Assembly: GCA_964016885.1 (NCBI GenBank)
Contig: OZ024741.1
Location: 292,206,001 to 292,270,000, forward strand
Direction of reading: 5' to 3'
Origin: Eledone cirrhosa
Lineage: Eukaryota
Length of the DNA: 64,000 nt
Shown in pieces: positions 41,057-54,867 of the stretch. The notes below the pieces were generated by a model. It was given only the letters and a program-made list of their open reading frames with translations. It was not told where the DNA came from and searched no databases. Each line of letters starts with the position of its first letter. The stretch's first letter is position 1. The position numbers and the translations under genes are program-made.

Positions 41057-43156
41057 TAGTCAGTTCTTAGATATGCCAGCTCTGTGTTTATAGTGTTGAT
41101 GGTATCAGAGCCTTGGGACATATGAGCTTGTTAGGAATAATTTAATGTTGTCAGCAGGAATAATCTTAATTCTCATTGGTCAGTTTGTAGATGCTAGTAG
41201 GGTTGGTATTTGACCTCAAAGAGGCAGGTGGTGTTGTAAAGTTCAAACCATCAGGCAAGATGACAATAGTTCCATTTGACTGATTTTCACAAAAAGCATT
41301 CCTGGTCAGATATATATTCAATTGGGGTTTATAGTATGAAATTCGATCTTAAATTGAGGAATTTATGTAGGGTGGTACTACTGAAAATTATGGTTAGAGT
41401 AGAATACTAGAAAATTTACACATAAAAAGACATATGTCGGTTGACTTGCACATACATTCACACCCACACCACAGACACACACATCCACACATAAAAATTG
41501 AGGAATTTATGTGGGGTGATAATCCTGAAAATGAGAGTTTAGAAATAAAAAGACCTATGTTGGTTGACTTGTACATACACTCACACCTACACCCTCAGAC
41601 ACACACACACACACATCTACACACACAAATCCATACAGGTGTGTATATATATATATGTACGCACAAGTGCATATATATATATATACGACAGAGGCCCCCA
41701 AATCCAAGTATAAGGCAAACATAAAACTAGGTGGGTGTTATTTTTAAAGAAAAGTAAAGTGGGTGTTTGGAAAAGTTATATGTATGAATAAACATTGTTG
41801 TCTCTTATCGAGAAAATTCATCACTAGATCAGCTGTTAAAACAGCCAAACATTGTCAAACACAGCATTGGACAAAATGCCTCAGAGGACAGCAAAGAGAC
41901 AATCGACGAGGTGGGTGACAGGCAGATGAAATCTAGAAAATATTGAGAAAGAAAGAGGACAAGGGGAATTCTGTTAGTACATAGAAGTGGCTGGAAGAAG
42001 GAAATAACGAAAGATGATGTATAAGACAGGTTCTCACACATTTTCACCCTCATCAGCTCTCAAACCAGCAAAAAGGTTTCACATGTTAATTGGGAGAACT
42101 ATTTTAAAACGCTGGATTGGGCAGCAAAAAATACATTTTCTGCTGGATAAAATGACTGGCAGTATTTGCTCTGGCTCTCTGTATTCCAAGTTCAAATCAT
42201 GTTGAAGGCAGCTCCTTTTTTCATTCTTTCAAGGTCCATAAAATAAAACACCATTCTAGGAAAGTGGATTGGGGGGAATTATTATAACGTTGGATGTGAT
42301 ATCTTGCAGTATTTTTTTCTGGTTCTTTGCGTCTTGGAGTTAAATCTCACTGTAGCCTTGCTTGGGTGGTAAACATAATCAGTTGCATAGTTTAACACCT
42401 GCAAATAGCTTCTGGGTGCCTTTAGCAGAATCCAATCTTTTGTAAGATTTTGAACCAGGTTTAAAATCAAAGGGTAATTTTCTTCCTGCCCATAAATCTC
42501 AGGGGCCCTGAAAATGAGCACCAACCTTCCCTCTTTCACTAAACAGTAAAAAAAAAAAGACATACTCCCACCTATTTTATGGCCTTGTGCTAATGTTAGA
42601 CAACCATTATATTGAAAAACATAGTTGTATGAAAGATAGTTCACAAGGAAACTTCTTTATGAGAACAATGTTCAGAATCAAGCAGGAATTTGAATATAAA
42701 TTAATCCTAGAATGTGAGAATGACAACTGCATTATCTCTTTGTTCTTTTTTCATTCTTTGTCCTTATATCATTTTTGTTTCTTTCCTTCTTTCTTTAGAT
42801 GGATTAAATCACTAAGAGAAGTAGGGAAACAATATATTAGGATTATTTCTATGGAATAATCTCTTAGGAAACAAGCTTTGACTATGTGAAAATACCAGAA
42901 AAGCTTGGAGGAGGAAAACAGAAATTACATAGAAACTCACTATAAATATTTTCTTATATATTGAGTTGACGAGATAGGAGTCTTTATGTCATTTTCATCA
43001 TCATTGCCATCATCATCATCATCATAGACATTGTTATTGTCATTGGCATTCTCACCATCATCATCATCATAGACATTGTTATTGTCATTGGCATTCTCAC
43101 CATCATCATCACTCTTTTCATAATTATCATTCTGATCATAATTATTATTGTCATCT

Positions 43157-43352
43157 TGGGCGGTGGATTGGCAGTATCGGTAGAGAGTCGGACACCATGC
43201 TTTGAAGCATAGAGTTGCGTCCCTTTATGATCTGAGTTCAAATCCCGCCGAGGTTAACTTTGCCTTTCATCCTTACGGGGTCAATAAAATAAAGTACCAG
43301 TAATGTACTGGATAATTGCTGGCCTTGTGCCTAAAATAGAAACAATTATTAT
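43157..43352 (+). mobile_element. Full-length OK-like SINE
   Basis: GGGCGGTGGATTGGCAG..GAGTTCAAATCC..GCCTTTCATCC..GGCCTTGTGCC. Confidence 0.9.
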
Positions 43353-43394
43353 TGTCATCTTTGCTATCATCATCATTGTTACTATCATTGTCAT

Positions 43395-44010
43395 TTTCAT
43401 CATCATCATCCTCATTTGTGCATATTTCCATTCTTGCATGGGTTGGACAGGCCTTCTCCAGTACAGGATCTCACCACTTGCTTTTTATCATTGCTTTAAT
43501 AATGTTCAGCATTATGAAATCAGTATTTACAACTTCTTCACATGTCTTCCTCTTTTCAGCATGTTCCTTTAATTTGGATTGCTTGGCACTTCTTTACCCA
43601 ACTGCCATCATCTGTACACGTCAAATGTCCACGCTAGCTAAGTTTTACCCCTTACATATTACATCTAGTTATTGTTATATGTAGTTTATCTCTCAGCTTC
43701 TTTCTGCTCTGTCCTTATTGCATACTATTAGTATGTATTTAGATCTAGCAGAGCATGCTCACTTCATTTCTTTCCAGTCTTCGCATATCCTACACATGTT
43801 TCACAGCTAATCTACATTGCAGTTCATGCACAAGTATCAGGCAATCTCTCCTTTACTTGAAGAGAAAGAATCCCTTTTTCACCAAAAGAAGTTAAATTTC
43901 CCTGAACTTGTTTGCATCCTTCTTATTCTGACTACAATGATTATGGAATACCCAGCTCAACAGCTGATTAAGTCACCTAGCTTATGGAGGCTGTCAACTA
44001 TTTTACGCAG
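43395..44010 (-). mobile_element. Old RTE LINE 3' fragment
   Basis: (CAT)n tail with GCATGGGTTGGAC; decayed similarity to the RTE 3' coding region at 61700-62200. Confidence 0.55.
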
Positions 44011-46797
44011 TCTTTCAAGAATTTGAAAGAATTCATTTCATAGTTGACCTTATACAGTGAACTGGCAGGCATTGGGCATAGGACAAGATACTATAAGCTA
44101 TTGTTTCCAGTTCTCCGCACATTAATTTTAAATCCTGGAAAGGTCAGATATGTTATTTAGCCTTTCAGTCTCAATAAAATAAATACCAGTATAGAATAGT
44201 GGTTTCATGGAATTGTTAAGAGTCCACTCTGGTGTAAGCATACAGGACCAGTCCTAAGTTTGGGGATATTATCCTTCTTTCTTGCCAGTTTTAAAAACTC
44301 TGAAAATATAAAGGGTCATAGACACTGCTCTTCCTCCGCCCTCTGACTAATTAATAAAATAAAAAACAAAGAAAAATACCAGCTACACTATATAACCTTT
44401 AAGCCCTAGACACAACCCACTTTCATCTCAAAAATAAATAAATTAATAATGAATAAAGATGAAAGTAATCTTCATTAATATTCAGTAAAAATATTTCATC
44501 ACACCAGGAATTTATCAGAATACTATTTTCCCATCCAAACATTCATTTCCATCTAACTTTTCTTCCGCCAACGTTTTCATTGCATCGGCACACACGTGGA
44601 ACTAAAACCTGCAGTCTTGAAATGGAATTGTGCAGACAAATTCTTTACACTCACTCTTCGCCTCCATTAACCTGTCAAAATTCTTTCATTGTTTCTTTGA
44701 CTGTTGCAGGTTAATAGCTTTTACATACATCCCACTCAGCTTTTACATACATACAACTACTGCCATCCCTGCCTTTCTTTTGCCTATATCCTATACCGCC
44801 GCCTGACATATTTTTGATCTCATAATTACCTTTGTACAGCAGGACTTTCAAACAACTCAACTATTACATACATGCATTTTTCTTGCATGCATGTTTTCTT
44901 GTCTTTCTTTTTCCTTTTCTTGCCCTCCTCTTCCTCCTTCTCCATCTCTTTTTTCATTCTTGATCTGATAGAAATTGCAACTAAATCTCTTTCAAATTAT
45001 ATCCTACTGTCTTTTAAAACATTCTATAATGCATTCCTATATTATGTTTGAAAACAGAAAAATAAGATAGCCATGGCTGGAATACCTTAAAACAGAGGTC
45101 TGCTCAATCTTAGCTGACCTGACAACAAAATGACATATATATCATATCACAGCTCATAACCCTGAAGTGAATTAAATGTTGCTTATCTTAGGTCAACCGT
45201 GATTGAAAAGATATAAAATTAAAAAAATATTCCAGCTTTGAACATCCTATCTTTGTGAGTGTATACAGGACTATAATATCTAAAAGACTCTTTCCCCTAT
45301 TTATGACAGTCCTCCTCCTCCTCATCATCATCATCCAACATGCTCCTTGTGTGCATAACTTTGCTCATGCCAACCCATTTATTTAGCTCTTGCAACACCC
45401 AGGAATACAGTGAGTCTGTTCTAAAAAAAACGGTACCCAACAGATAATATCAGCAATGGAAAACACAATGGAAAAGTTGTTTCCTTGGTCCATTCTGATG
45501 AGCAGCTCTTTCCTTTTTCTTCTAAAGAGATAGATTTAGGTGCTATTTCTGTATGTCCAATGAGTATGTAGAACCTTGTTTATGGATGCTTGAATTAAAT
45601 GTATTGTATACATATTATGGATATATATATATATATAGTGTGGGTAGTACGATGAAATGTTGGTGTTGGTACCAAATCAAACACTCTATGAACTGGCAAA
45701 GTGTATATAACAGTAAAAACGAGAAAGTTTCGTTTACATAGGAAAAATATTTATTGTGATACTGGAGTCGGGTCCATAACCCCTATGGATCACCTTGAGC
45801 CAATCCTCTGCGAAATGTGTGAAACAGGTCGATACACAAAATATTTTTTACATATGTAAACAAAACTTATTTGTTTTGTTTACATATGAAAACAAAATGT
45901 CTTTGTTTTTATATATTATATATATATATGAGCGAGACACGGTCACACGACCAATCTTGCCTCAAGTGGGACAATTCCCATCTAAACCCATGCTAGCATG
46001 GAAGATTGAGGTTAAACGATGATGATGATGACGATGACGATGATGATGTAAATCAAAATGGATGCAGTAAAAACCTGCTCAGACCATTACTCACCACAAT
46101 ACTCAATACTTGCAGTAGAAGAGTATGGTAATATGAAAGAGTTGAGACCCCGACGACTGAACTTTTGCCATTTCAACAGCTAGTCCATGAAAATGCATAT
46201 CTGACTTGCATATGCATTGGAAAACTCATGATTCAGCTTCGTGGAGTCCAAGAAACTGATAAAAGATTTTCATCGATTGCTATTGATTCTTATCTCCTTG
46301 AGATGGTCCAAGTTAGTCTTTGGCCAGTTTGTATTTATCATTGTTGTGGTATAAGTATGGCCACATGCATTTGGTCACTTTTGTTGGCATCACACTTTCT
46401 TAACTTTGTGTTGACTCTGGATGAATGTTGAGTGTTTTGTTACTACCTCAAACAATTTGATTGGTAACTACTATATTGTAGGGTTAAAACTTCAATATAT
46501 AACTATTATATATATATATATGTCAATATATGAGGTTATAGTGTGCTAGTTTCCTGTTTTCATTGGTAACTGTGATTTTTCAGGGTTTTTCTCCACTTAT
46601 TATTGGTGAATAATTCTGGTTGAATTGAAGTGTCCGTAAATGTATAAATAAACAACAATAATATTAATCCTGAGTCTTAAGAAATTCTGAATTATATATA
46701 TATATACATATATAGATACATATATATATATATATATATATACATATATATACATATATAGATACATATATATATACATATATATATATATGTATAG

Positions 46798-46898
<101 letters not shown>

Positions 46899-47190
46899 GA
46901 TATGTATATATATATATATAGATATATATCTATATATATAGATATATATATAGATATATATATATAGATATATAGATATAGATATATAGATATATAGATA
47001 GATAGATAGATATATATATATATAAAAGAAAACTTCGCTCTATATGGCTGAACACAATAAATGTAATCTGAGTTTGTCGAATATTAATAATAACATTCAA
47101 TTCCTTTGCAATTATGTAAACAAGCCTCAATTTTATAGCCATGTCAGTAGAATGAACACTTCATTCCTGCTCTTATGTTGGCATCCAACA

Positions 47191-47240
47191 GAACTGCAGA
47201 CACTAATGTTTCTGGGTATCACCCTTCATCAGTACAGCTC
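47191..47240 (-). ncRNA. Type I hammerhead ribozyme (GUC site)
   Basis: Minus strand: GAGCTGTA-CTGATGA-AGGGT-GAT-ACCCA-GAAA-CA-TTAG-TG-TC-TGCAGTTC; 8-bp stem I including GU pairs. Confidence 0.88.
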
Positions 47241-47299
47241 ACTGTTCACCTGCCAAACTGTCAGAGCTAGTGAAAATATATGCTATTTTCAAAAATACA

Positions 47300-47410
47300 C
47301 AGTGACTGATCGACCTAATTTGCATATTAGCAGACTGGCTGATTAGTCAGATCTGCATATTAGCAGATCCACTGATCAGCCAGATTTGCATATCAGCAGA
47401 CTGGCCAGTC
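47300..47410. repeat. Three ~33-bp tandem units carrying the octamer ATTTGCAT
   Basis: CTGAT..ATTTGCATATTAGCAGA repeated; one copy has ATCTGCAT. Confidence 0.75.
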
Positions 47411-47807
47411 AATTTACTGTATACGAGCGATAATTGTATATATATATTCATATATATGTGTGTGTGTATGTACCTCTGTATGTGAGAAGGTAACCATATG
47501 TTATAAGATGTAGTTCAGTGGCTATATATACAGTATTATCACTAGTTTATCTAGAGACAATGTTTAGTTTAGAAATTGATATCACAGTTATTTCATTGCT
47601 GAGATAAATGAAATAACAATAACACAATTAACATTTCCGCAGAATATAAATTGATATTTCTTGCTATCTCTCTTTCTCAGCCACACACACACACACACTC
47701 ACACACACACACATATACAAATGTAAATAGAGAGAGATTGAGAAAAAAAGAAAGACAGAGGGCTTGTTTAAAAGAGCTGAGAGGCATGGTCACATACATA
47801 GAATATA

Positions 47808-47838
<31 letters not shown>

Positions 47839-47879
47839 ATCTCGGCACAATAAATGATGATGCTGATGAGGATGATGTA

Positions 47880-48132
47880 GGCACCACGAAAAAAAGCACT
47901 CAGCCCACACTGTAAATTGGACGTGTAGGCACCACGGAAAAAAATCACCCAGCACTCACTGTAAATGAGGTTGGTGTTAGGAAGGGCATACAGCTGTAGA
48001 AATCAAGCCAGAATCAGTTCCCGTATGAGCAAGACAAGGTCAGCTGACCAGACACTGCCCACAACAGGACAACCCGTTTAACCCATGCTAGCGTGGAAGA
48101 ACGGACATAAAACGGTGGTGATGATGATGATG
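47880..48132 (+). mobile_element. RTE-tailed non-autonomous element
   Basis: GTTGGTGTTAGGAAGGGC..AACCCATGCTAGCGTGGAAGAACGGAC..(TGA)n; closely matches 57623-57882 and 38878-39085. Confidence 0.8.
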
Positions 48133-48148
48133 ATATATATATTTATAC

Positions 48149-48179
<31 letters not shown>

Positions 48180-48183
48180 CATA

Positions 48184-48234
<51 letters not shown>

Positions 48235-48290
48235 ATATTATAATGAAATGACAGGAGGCTGGATTTGTGTAAATCCTTGAAAGGTTTATT

Positions 48291-48348
48291 ATACTATGAT
48301 CATTTCAATGACCGGGTTCCGTATGAATCCGGTGATATCATCAGGTAT
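48291..48348 (-). ncRNA. Hammerhead ribozyme (left arm)
   Basis: Minus strand: ATAC-CTGATGA-stem II-GAAA-TGATCA-TA-GTAT. Confidence 0.75.
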
Positions 48349-48493
48349 TCGAGATATAATACGTGAATGTAATAGATAAAATCCATGGGGCTGAAACCCG
48401 AGGGCGACCGCTATTCTGTTCCTTCAACCTCAGCCGGTCCTCGATTTTCAGCCCCATGGATTTTATCTATTACATTCACGTATTATATTTCGA

Positions 48494-48551
48494 ATACCTG
48501 ATGATATCACCGGATTCATACGGAACCCGGTCATAGAAATGATCATAGTAT
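48494..48551 (+). ncRNA. Hammerhead ribozyme (right arm)
   Basis: ATAC-CTGATGA-TATCACCGG..CCGGTCATA-GAAA-TGATCA-TA-GTAT. Confidence 0.75.
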
Positions 48552-48754
48552 AATAAACCTTTCAAGGATTTACACAAATCCAGCCTCCTGTCATTTCATT
48601 ATAATATTTAACTCCGTAATAGCACCACCAACTACAAAAACAAAGACGGTTGAACTGCTTTACGTTGAGTACTCTCTATATTATTGCATTACGATTGACC
48701 ATACGGAATAGACCAGCTCTATACAGTGGTGAACCTCAAACCAGAATAAATATG

Positions 48755-48824
<70 letters not shown>

Positions 48825-48995
48825 ATTAATACATCTACCAACATATGCGTACAGATGTACACTAATACTAGTAAATATATAACTTATGTCAAAGTACCTA
48901 GGTGGTTCAATGCAGGGGATGCAGAACAATTATATGAAAGACGTAAAATAAGAAAATTTTAAAAATTAAAAATCAACTTACTTACTAAAATTTTC

Positions 48996-49077
48996 ATTCC
49001 AACTAATTAGTTTCTGTAATGGGATAAATATAGTTACACAATGTAACTATCGAGAATTCATTACGTCATCAGGGAGT
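48996..49077 (-). ncRNA. Hammerhead ribozyme, tandem copy 1
   Basis: Minus strand: ACTCC-CTGATGA-CGTAATG..CATTACA-GAAA-CTAATTAG-TT-GGAAT. Confidence 0.8.
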
Positions 49078-49526
49078 CTATTCTCAGCTAAGTTCCCAGG
49101 CAATGCGCGGACACTAGGAACCCATATAAAAATAATAATTCAGTGGATGTAATAAGCTAGCGGGGACTAAATTCCATAGCACTGAAAAAGTTCTCTGCCT
49201 CTGGTCAGTGGTGGATTCTAAAGAATCAATCACGTGACACTGAGGTTAGTCAGTTAGGAGTGGGGTGGTATTATGACAAGAGCGTACTACTACTACTATG
49301 AATTAGCAGTAGATTTGGCAAGTTTGCTCAACAAATAATTTGGAGATAAATATAGAGAATTAATACATCTACCAACATATGCGTACAGATGTACACTAAT
49401 ACTAGTAAATATATAAGTTATGTCAAAGTACCTAGGTGGTTCAATGCAGGGGGATGCAGAACAATTATATGAAAGACGTAAAATAAGAAACTTTTAAAAA
49501 TTAAAAGTCAACTTACTAAAATTTTC

Positions 49527-49608
49527 ACTCCAACTAATTAGTTTCTGTAATGGGATGAATATAGTTACACAATGTATCTATCGAGAATTCATTACGTCAT
49601 CAGGGAGT
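49527..49608 (-). ncRNA. Hammerhead ribozyme, tandem copy 2
   Basis: As copy 1, with perfect stem I ACTCC/GGAGT. Confidence 0.85.
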
Positions 49609-49707
49609 CTATTCTCAGCTAAGTTCCCAGGCAATGCGCGGACACTAGGAACCCATATAAAAATAATAATTCAGTGGATGTGTTAAGCTAGTGTGTGTGT
49701 ATGTATG

Positions 49708-49740
<33 letters not shown>

Positions 49741-49825
49741 CCTTGCAAGCAGGGCAGAGCAGACGTAAAATGATGATATATATATATGTATATATATATA
49801 TAAATATGTGTGTGTGTATGTATAT

Positions 49826-49858
<33 letters not shown>

Positions 49859-49899
49859 CCCTTGCAAGCAGGGAAGAGCAGACGTAAAATGATGATATA

Positions 49900-49968
<69 letters not shown>

Positions 49969-50308
49969 ATTTATGTATATATATATGAGTTTCTGAAAAA
50001 CTGATCAAAGAAAAAGAGCCAAAGTATATTATTTAAATATGTTCTCAACAGGTAGCATGCATTTGTGTTGAGAACATATTTATATAATATATATATTATA
50101 AATATACCTCCTCATAAGCATGATACTAATAAGAATATTTGCTTTTGCATCTGTGTTTGTTTTATCATTTCTTGAACTACATAATATGATATGCATATAC
50201 AGTACATACATATATATATATATACACATATGTATATATATATACATATATATACATACATATATATATATATATATGCACATATATATATATATATATA
50301 TCTATATA

Positions 50309-50493
<185 letters not shown>

Positions 50494-50558
50494 CTGATGG
50501 TAGCTAAGATGCTTCCATAGGCGGTATGCCGGTTGAGCACTCTATGCTCTCACAGAGC

Positions 50559-50621
<63 letters not shown>

Positions 50622-50634
50622 GTAATATATATAT

Positions 50635-50842
50635 GCCGGCGGACAGCTCAAGACGTGGTCATTGAGTGGATCTGTCTGATTCTGGACCCGCAATGCTCCG
50701 AAATCATTAGATGTGTCCGTCGAACCTGCGGGTCCAGAATCAGACAGATCCACTCAATGATCACGTCTCAAGCTGTCCGCCGGCGAAACAATTGTAACAC
50801 ACAATAAATTGAGTTCAGATGCATCACTGATTTTTCATTTTC
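50635..50842 (+). mobile_element. PLE-like pLTR with 58-bp inversion and variant hammerhead
   Basis: Inverted repeat 50635-50692 / 50727-50784; TGTGT-CCGTCGA-...-GAAA-CAATTG-TA-ACACA at 50712-50801. Confidence 0.6.
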
Positions 50843-50985
50843 TATTATATATATACATATATATATATCATCATCATCACCGTTTAACGTCCATCTTCCA
50901 CACTAGCATGGGTTCGTCAGTTTTATCCCACTTGAAGCGAGATTGGTCGGGAGACCGTATCCCGCTCATACAGAACTGTTTCTGG

Positions 50986-51350
50986 CAGGATGCCCTTCCT
51001 AAGACCAGGCACATTTACAGTGTCAACTGGGAGCCTTTTTACCGTGTCTGCTACATGGCCACTTCACAGTGTGACAGGATGCCCTTCCTAAGACCAAGCA
51101 CATTTACAGTGTCAACTGGGAGCCTTTTTACCGTGTCTGCTACACGACCACTTCACAGTGTGACAGGATGCCCTTCCTAAGACCAAGCACATTTACAGTG
51201 TCAACTGGGAGCCTTTTTACCGTGTCTGCTACACGACCACTTCACAGTGTGACAGAATGCCCTTCCTAAGACCAAGCACATTGACAGTGTCAACTGGGAG
51301 CCTTTTTACCGTGTCTGCTACACGACCACTTCACAGTATGACAGGATGCT
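50986..51350. repeat. 89-bp tandem repeat (4 copies) amplified inside an RTE-tailed element
   Basis: CAGGATGCCCTTCCTAAGACC at 50986, 51075, 51164 and 51253. Confidence 0.92.
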
Positions 51351-51431
51351 TTTTGTCGTGTCACTTACACAACTACTTTACAGTGGACGGAAATGGGAGG
51401 ATAGCGCATGGGGTGTGGGATGTATATTTGG

Positions 51432-51630
51432 TTAAGAGGTGCCTACTGACTGTAGGTTTAAGTTTGTATGCATGGGAAGGTAGCGCCAAAGATCTTGATC
51501 CAGTGACATTGTCTTGGAGAGGTGTAAGTGATCAAGTTCAGTTTTTATCACCTCATCCCAAATTTTTCTTGGTTTAGCCACTCCGTAGCTTCCACCAATT
51601 TTGATCGCTCTGCACTTTTTTTTATACAGC
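51432..51630 (-). mobile_element. RTE ORF 3' fragment
   Basis: KKCRAIKIGG..KPRKIWDEVIKTELD..DQDLWR resembles the RTE C-terminus at 62040-62180. Confidence 0.6.
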
Positions 51631-52543
51631 TTTCGATAAATATATATATATATATATACACACATACATATTTATATTATATATTATAGATGAAGCTATA
51701 AACCCAACCATGACACCAAACAATTTTAGCTTGTGTTCAGCCAGCTTTTCAGTGTGGACTGGGTGTTTATTGTCATGACAATAAAAAGCACCCAGTGCAC
51801 CTACTGGGCGCTTTTTGTTGTCTCATCAACACAACCAGCTCAGAAGGCAGACTGGGTACCTTCTTTCATGCCACCAACACACCCTCTTTACAGGGTGGGC
51901 TGGGTGCCTCCAATCATGACCATCTTACATGGTGGACTGGGTGCTTATTTGTCATAACAGCATCGTGACCACCTTGCCTAGAGTAATAGGTGCTCTTTTG
52001 TCATGTTACCTTCTATGTGTGTATATATATGTATATTGATGCTTGCGTCTGTATACATATATATGAGGGTGTGAATATATGGAAGCATAGATGTGTGTGA
52101 ATGTTTGTGTGTGTATAGGTATGTGAGTTGTATGCATTTGTGTGAATGTTTTTCTAGTGTGTGTGAATGTGTACATGATTTTGTAGTGTATTGGTGTATG
52201 CATGTCTGCATGGGTAAGCATATCTATACATGTGTATGTGTATACATGTGTATATATATATATATATATATTTGCATGTGGGTTTGTGTGGCATGTGTGC
52301 CTGACTGTATATGAGAAAATACTGTTATTTCCAAAGAAAGAGGGAGAGGTAGTGACCACTGTGAAAGAGAAGAAGGAAGAAGAGGAAAACACTGCTATAG
52401 ATTTTAATTGTCTGTTATCCTTGTCTCTTTCTTTCTGTGTCTCTATCTCTCATTGAATCTTATTCTCTCCCTCTCTTGAATCATCTAGTTCTATCTCTAC
52501 TCCTCTCAGTGTGTTTGTTTAACCCTCTAACTATTTCCAAGAT

Positions 52544-52616
<73 letters not shown>

Positions 52617-52633
52617 CTCTCTCTATCTATCTA

Positions 52634-52666
<33 letters not shown>

Positions 52667-53379
52667 CTACCTGTCTGTCTGTCTGTCTCAAACTTCCGAT
52701 GAAACGTCTTTCATAGGAAACTGACTGGCAGCAAAAACAACATCGACAATAGCAACAACAACAACAGCTAGAGCAACAGTGAACAACATCAGCTGCAATA
52801 ACAGCTCACAGTACTCACTAGTAATACAACTGGAAGAAAAATGAAATATATATATATATATATATATCGTATATATAACTCACACACACACACACATACA
52901 TATATATCTATAAATTTGTGTCAATGTACATATATTTATGTATAGTCCATATGTGTGTGTTCTTGTAAATATATATATATATACATATATATATACGCAC
53001 ACACATATATATATATATAAATACATATATATATATACATGTACATGAATGTAATATGACTATAAATTACTTTAGATTGCTTTAAGTGATTCTTCGTTGG
53101 TGAATCCATAGAACTATTCTATCAGTTTGTGCTAGAGAATCGTGCTGCTTCAAGGCAATTTGCAGAAGAACATTTCATAGGGGGAAATTTGTATAAACTA
53201 GGATTCCTTCTTGTCAAAAATTGATAAAAGATTTACAAAATGTTGAGTTCTCCTCAGAGAAATAATTGGTCATAATGATGGCACCATACAAGCCTCTTTT
53301 GAACTTTGATTCATTTTTAGCATTCATTCAGTGTGAGTGAAAGTTTTGAAAGTTTCATTCCATTACATTTTCGGTGTTA

Positions 53380-53433
<54 letters not shown>

Positions 53434-54431
53434 TATTGTTGTTGTTGTTGGTGTTTTACTTTTCTAAGGTCTCCTTTGGGAGGATTTTGTTTCAGAGCTG
53501 TAATATCACAGGAAATGACACAATAAAAAAATAGCAATAAAGAATTAAAATAAAAATACGGAAAAAATACAAATATATAAAATTATGAAAAAAAAAGAGA
53601 AAAATAAATGAAAATGAAAAATTGAATAAAATTATAAACTATCAAAAAACAAAAAATGAAGTACGAATATAAAAAGTAAAACAATTTAAATAAAGAATAA
53701 AATTATGAAAATAAATAGATAACTAGAAAACTAAAAAACAACAACAAATTTAAAAATCTACTTAGAGAAATTAATTCTCAATTTGCATTCACCTCGATGA
53801 TTTTTTAAAATATTTTATATCATCTTGACATTTTCCCACACTTTTGCTATTTTAATTTTTTCTCTCTTGTCTTTGTATATTTTCCATCTCTCCCGTTCCA
53901 CCATTTCTTTTTTGTAGATTTTTTTCTCCCAACAACTAATCAACATTTGTCTGTTGTGTGCTAGTGGGTAATTTTCATATATTTTCATCAGTCGCTTATA
54001 GTTGAACCTACATTACCTAAGGTTATAAACAAAAGTTTGAACCCAACTTCTGACACAGCATTTGATTTCAATCAATCTTCTCGCCAAATAATCTTCGAGG
54101 TATTGAATCATTGCTTTACAATAAATTGGCAGTCAAATGTCAGATGAGATGGTTGGTATTTCTTTAAGATCTGCACGTTGTGATCAAATCCTGCCAAGAT
54201 CAACTTTGCGTTTCATCCTTTTGGGCTCTTTATTAACATAAAGTACCAGACAGAGGTGTTGGATTGGCAGAATTGTTGCAGGTGGGAGGTTTGTGGTATC
54301 TGATCCAACTTTGTGCATTCTATGTTCAAATCTTGCCTCCTGCTAGGCGTTGTGACTGGCAGATAGTATCAGCAATGGGAAGACCAATAGAAACATAGTT
54401 TCCTTGGTCCAATCAGGCAATCAGCACCGTT

Positions 54432-54612
54432 CCTTTTTCTTGTACTTTTGGCTAAGATCAAAGTGTACCATCTGTTCTATTCAGCTGAAAATCTGATATT
54501 GTTCTGAAATGGGATCATCAATATAAATATTAATCTGATTTTTAGAACTAGACCAAAATTCAGGAGCTTACTCTGCCTTTGCCAAATATGGCAGTACTTC
54601 CAGGATTAAGTC
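54432..54612 (+). pseudogene. U2: U2 snRNA pseudogene
   Basis: CTTTTGGCTAAGATCAAAGTGTA..ATCTGTTCT..CAG..ATCTGATA, Sm site GATTTTTAG, AGGAGCTT, GCAGTACTTCCAGGA colinear with U2; branch-pairing GTAGTA mutated to GTACCA. Confidence 0.88.
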
Positions 54613-54867
54613 ATTTAGACTGCAACAACAATAGCCATAATATAAACATCACACTCCTTCTAATCAGCTTCTCGGTCATGTTTTCTTTAAAAGAACAGAG
54701 TCTGCATAGAGTAGAGAGATATCTTTAGCCATGAAGTTGATGAGACATCTTGTGTAGAGTAAGTGCTATGATAAAATAAACTCAGTACATTCTCTAAAAT
54801 GGTTGATGATAGAACAGAGACAATGTACCCTACAGGCAACTCTTTATTTATGTCAATATGTAAGCGA

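Larger units (their letters stand above)
48235..48607. repeat. ~370-bp palindrome of an HHR-bearing pLTR
   Basis: Arms ~48235-48403 and ~48437-48607 with few mismatches. Confidence 0.93.
48823..49691 (-). mobile_element. Tandem ~531-534-bp HHR-containing non-coding repeat (1.6 units)
   Basis: 48823-49160 is repeated at 49357-49691; each copy carries a hammerhead; microsatellite flanks. Confidence 0.85.

Noticed and set aside
54663-54678. GCTTCTCGG resembling the U2 5' end
   Set aside because: Too short to distinguish from chance
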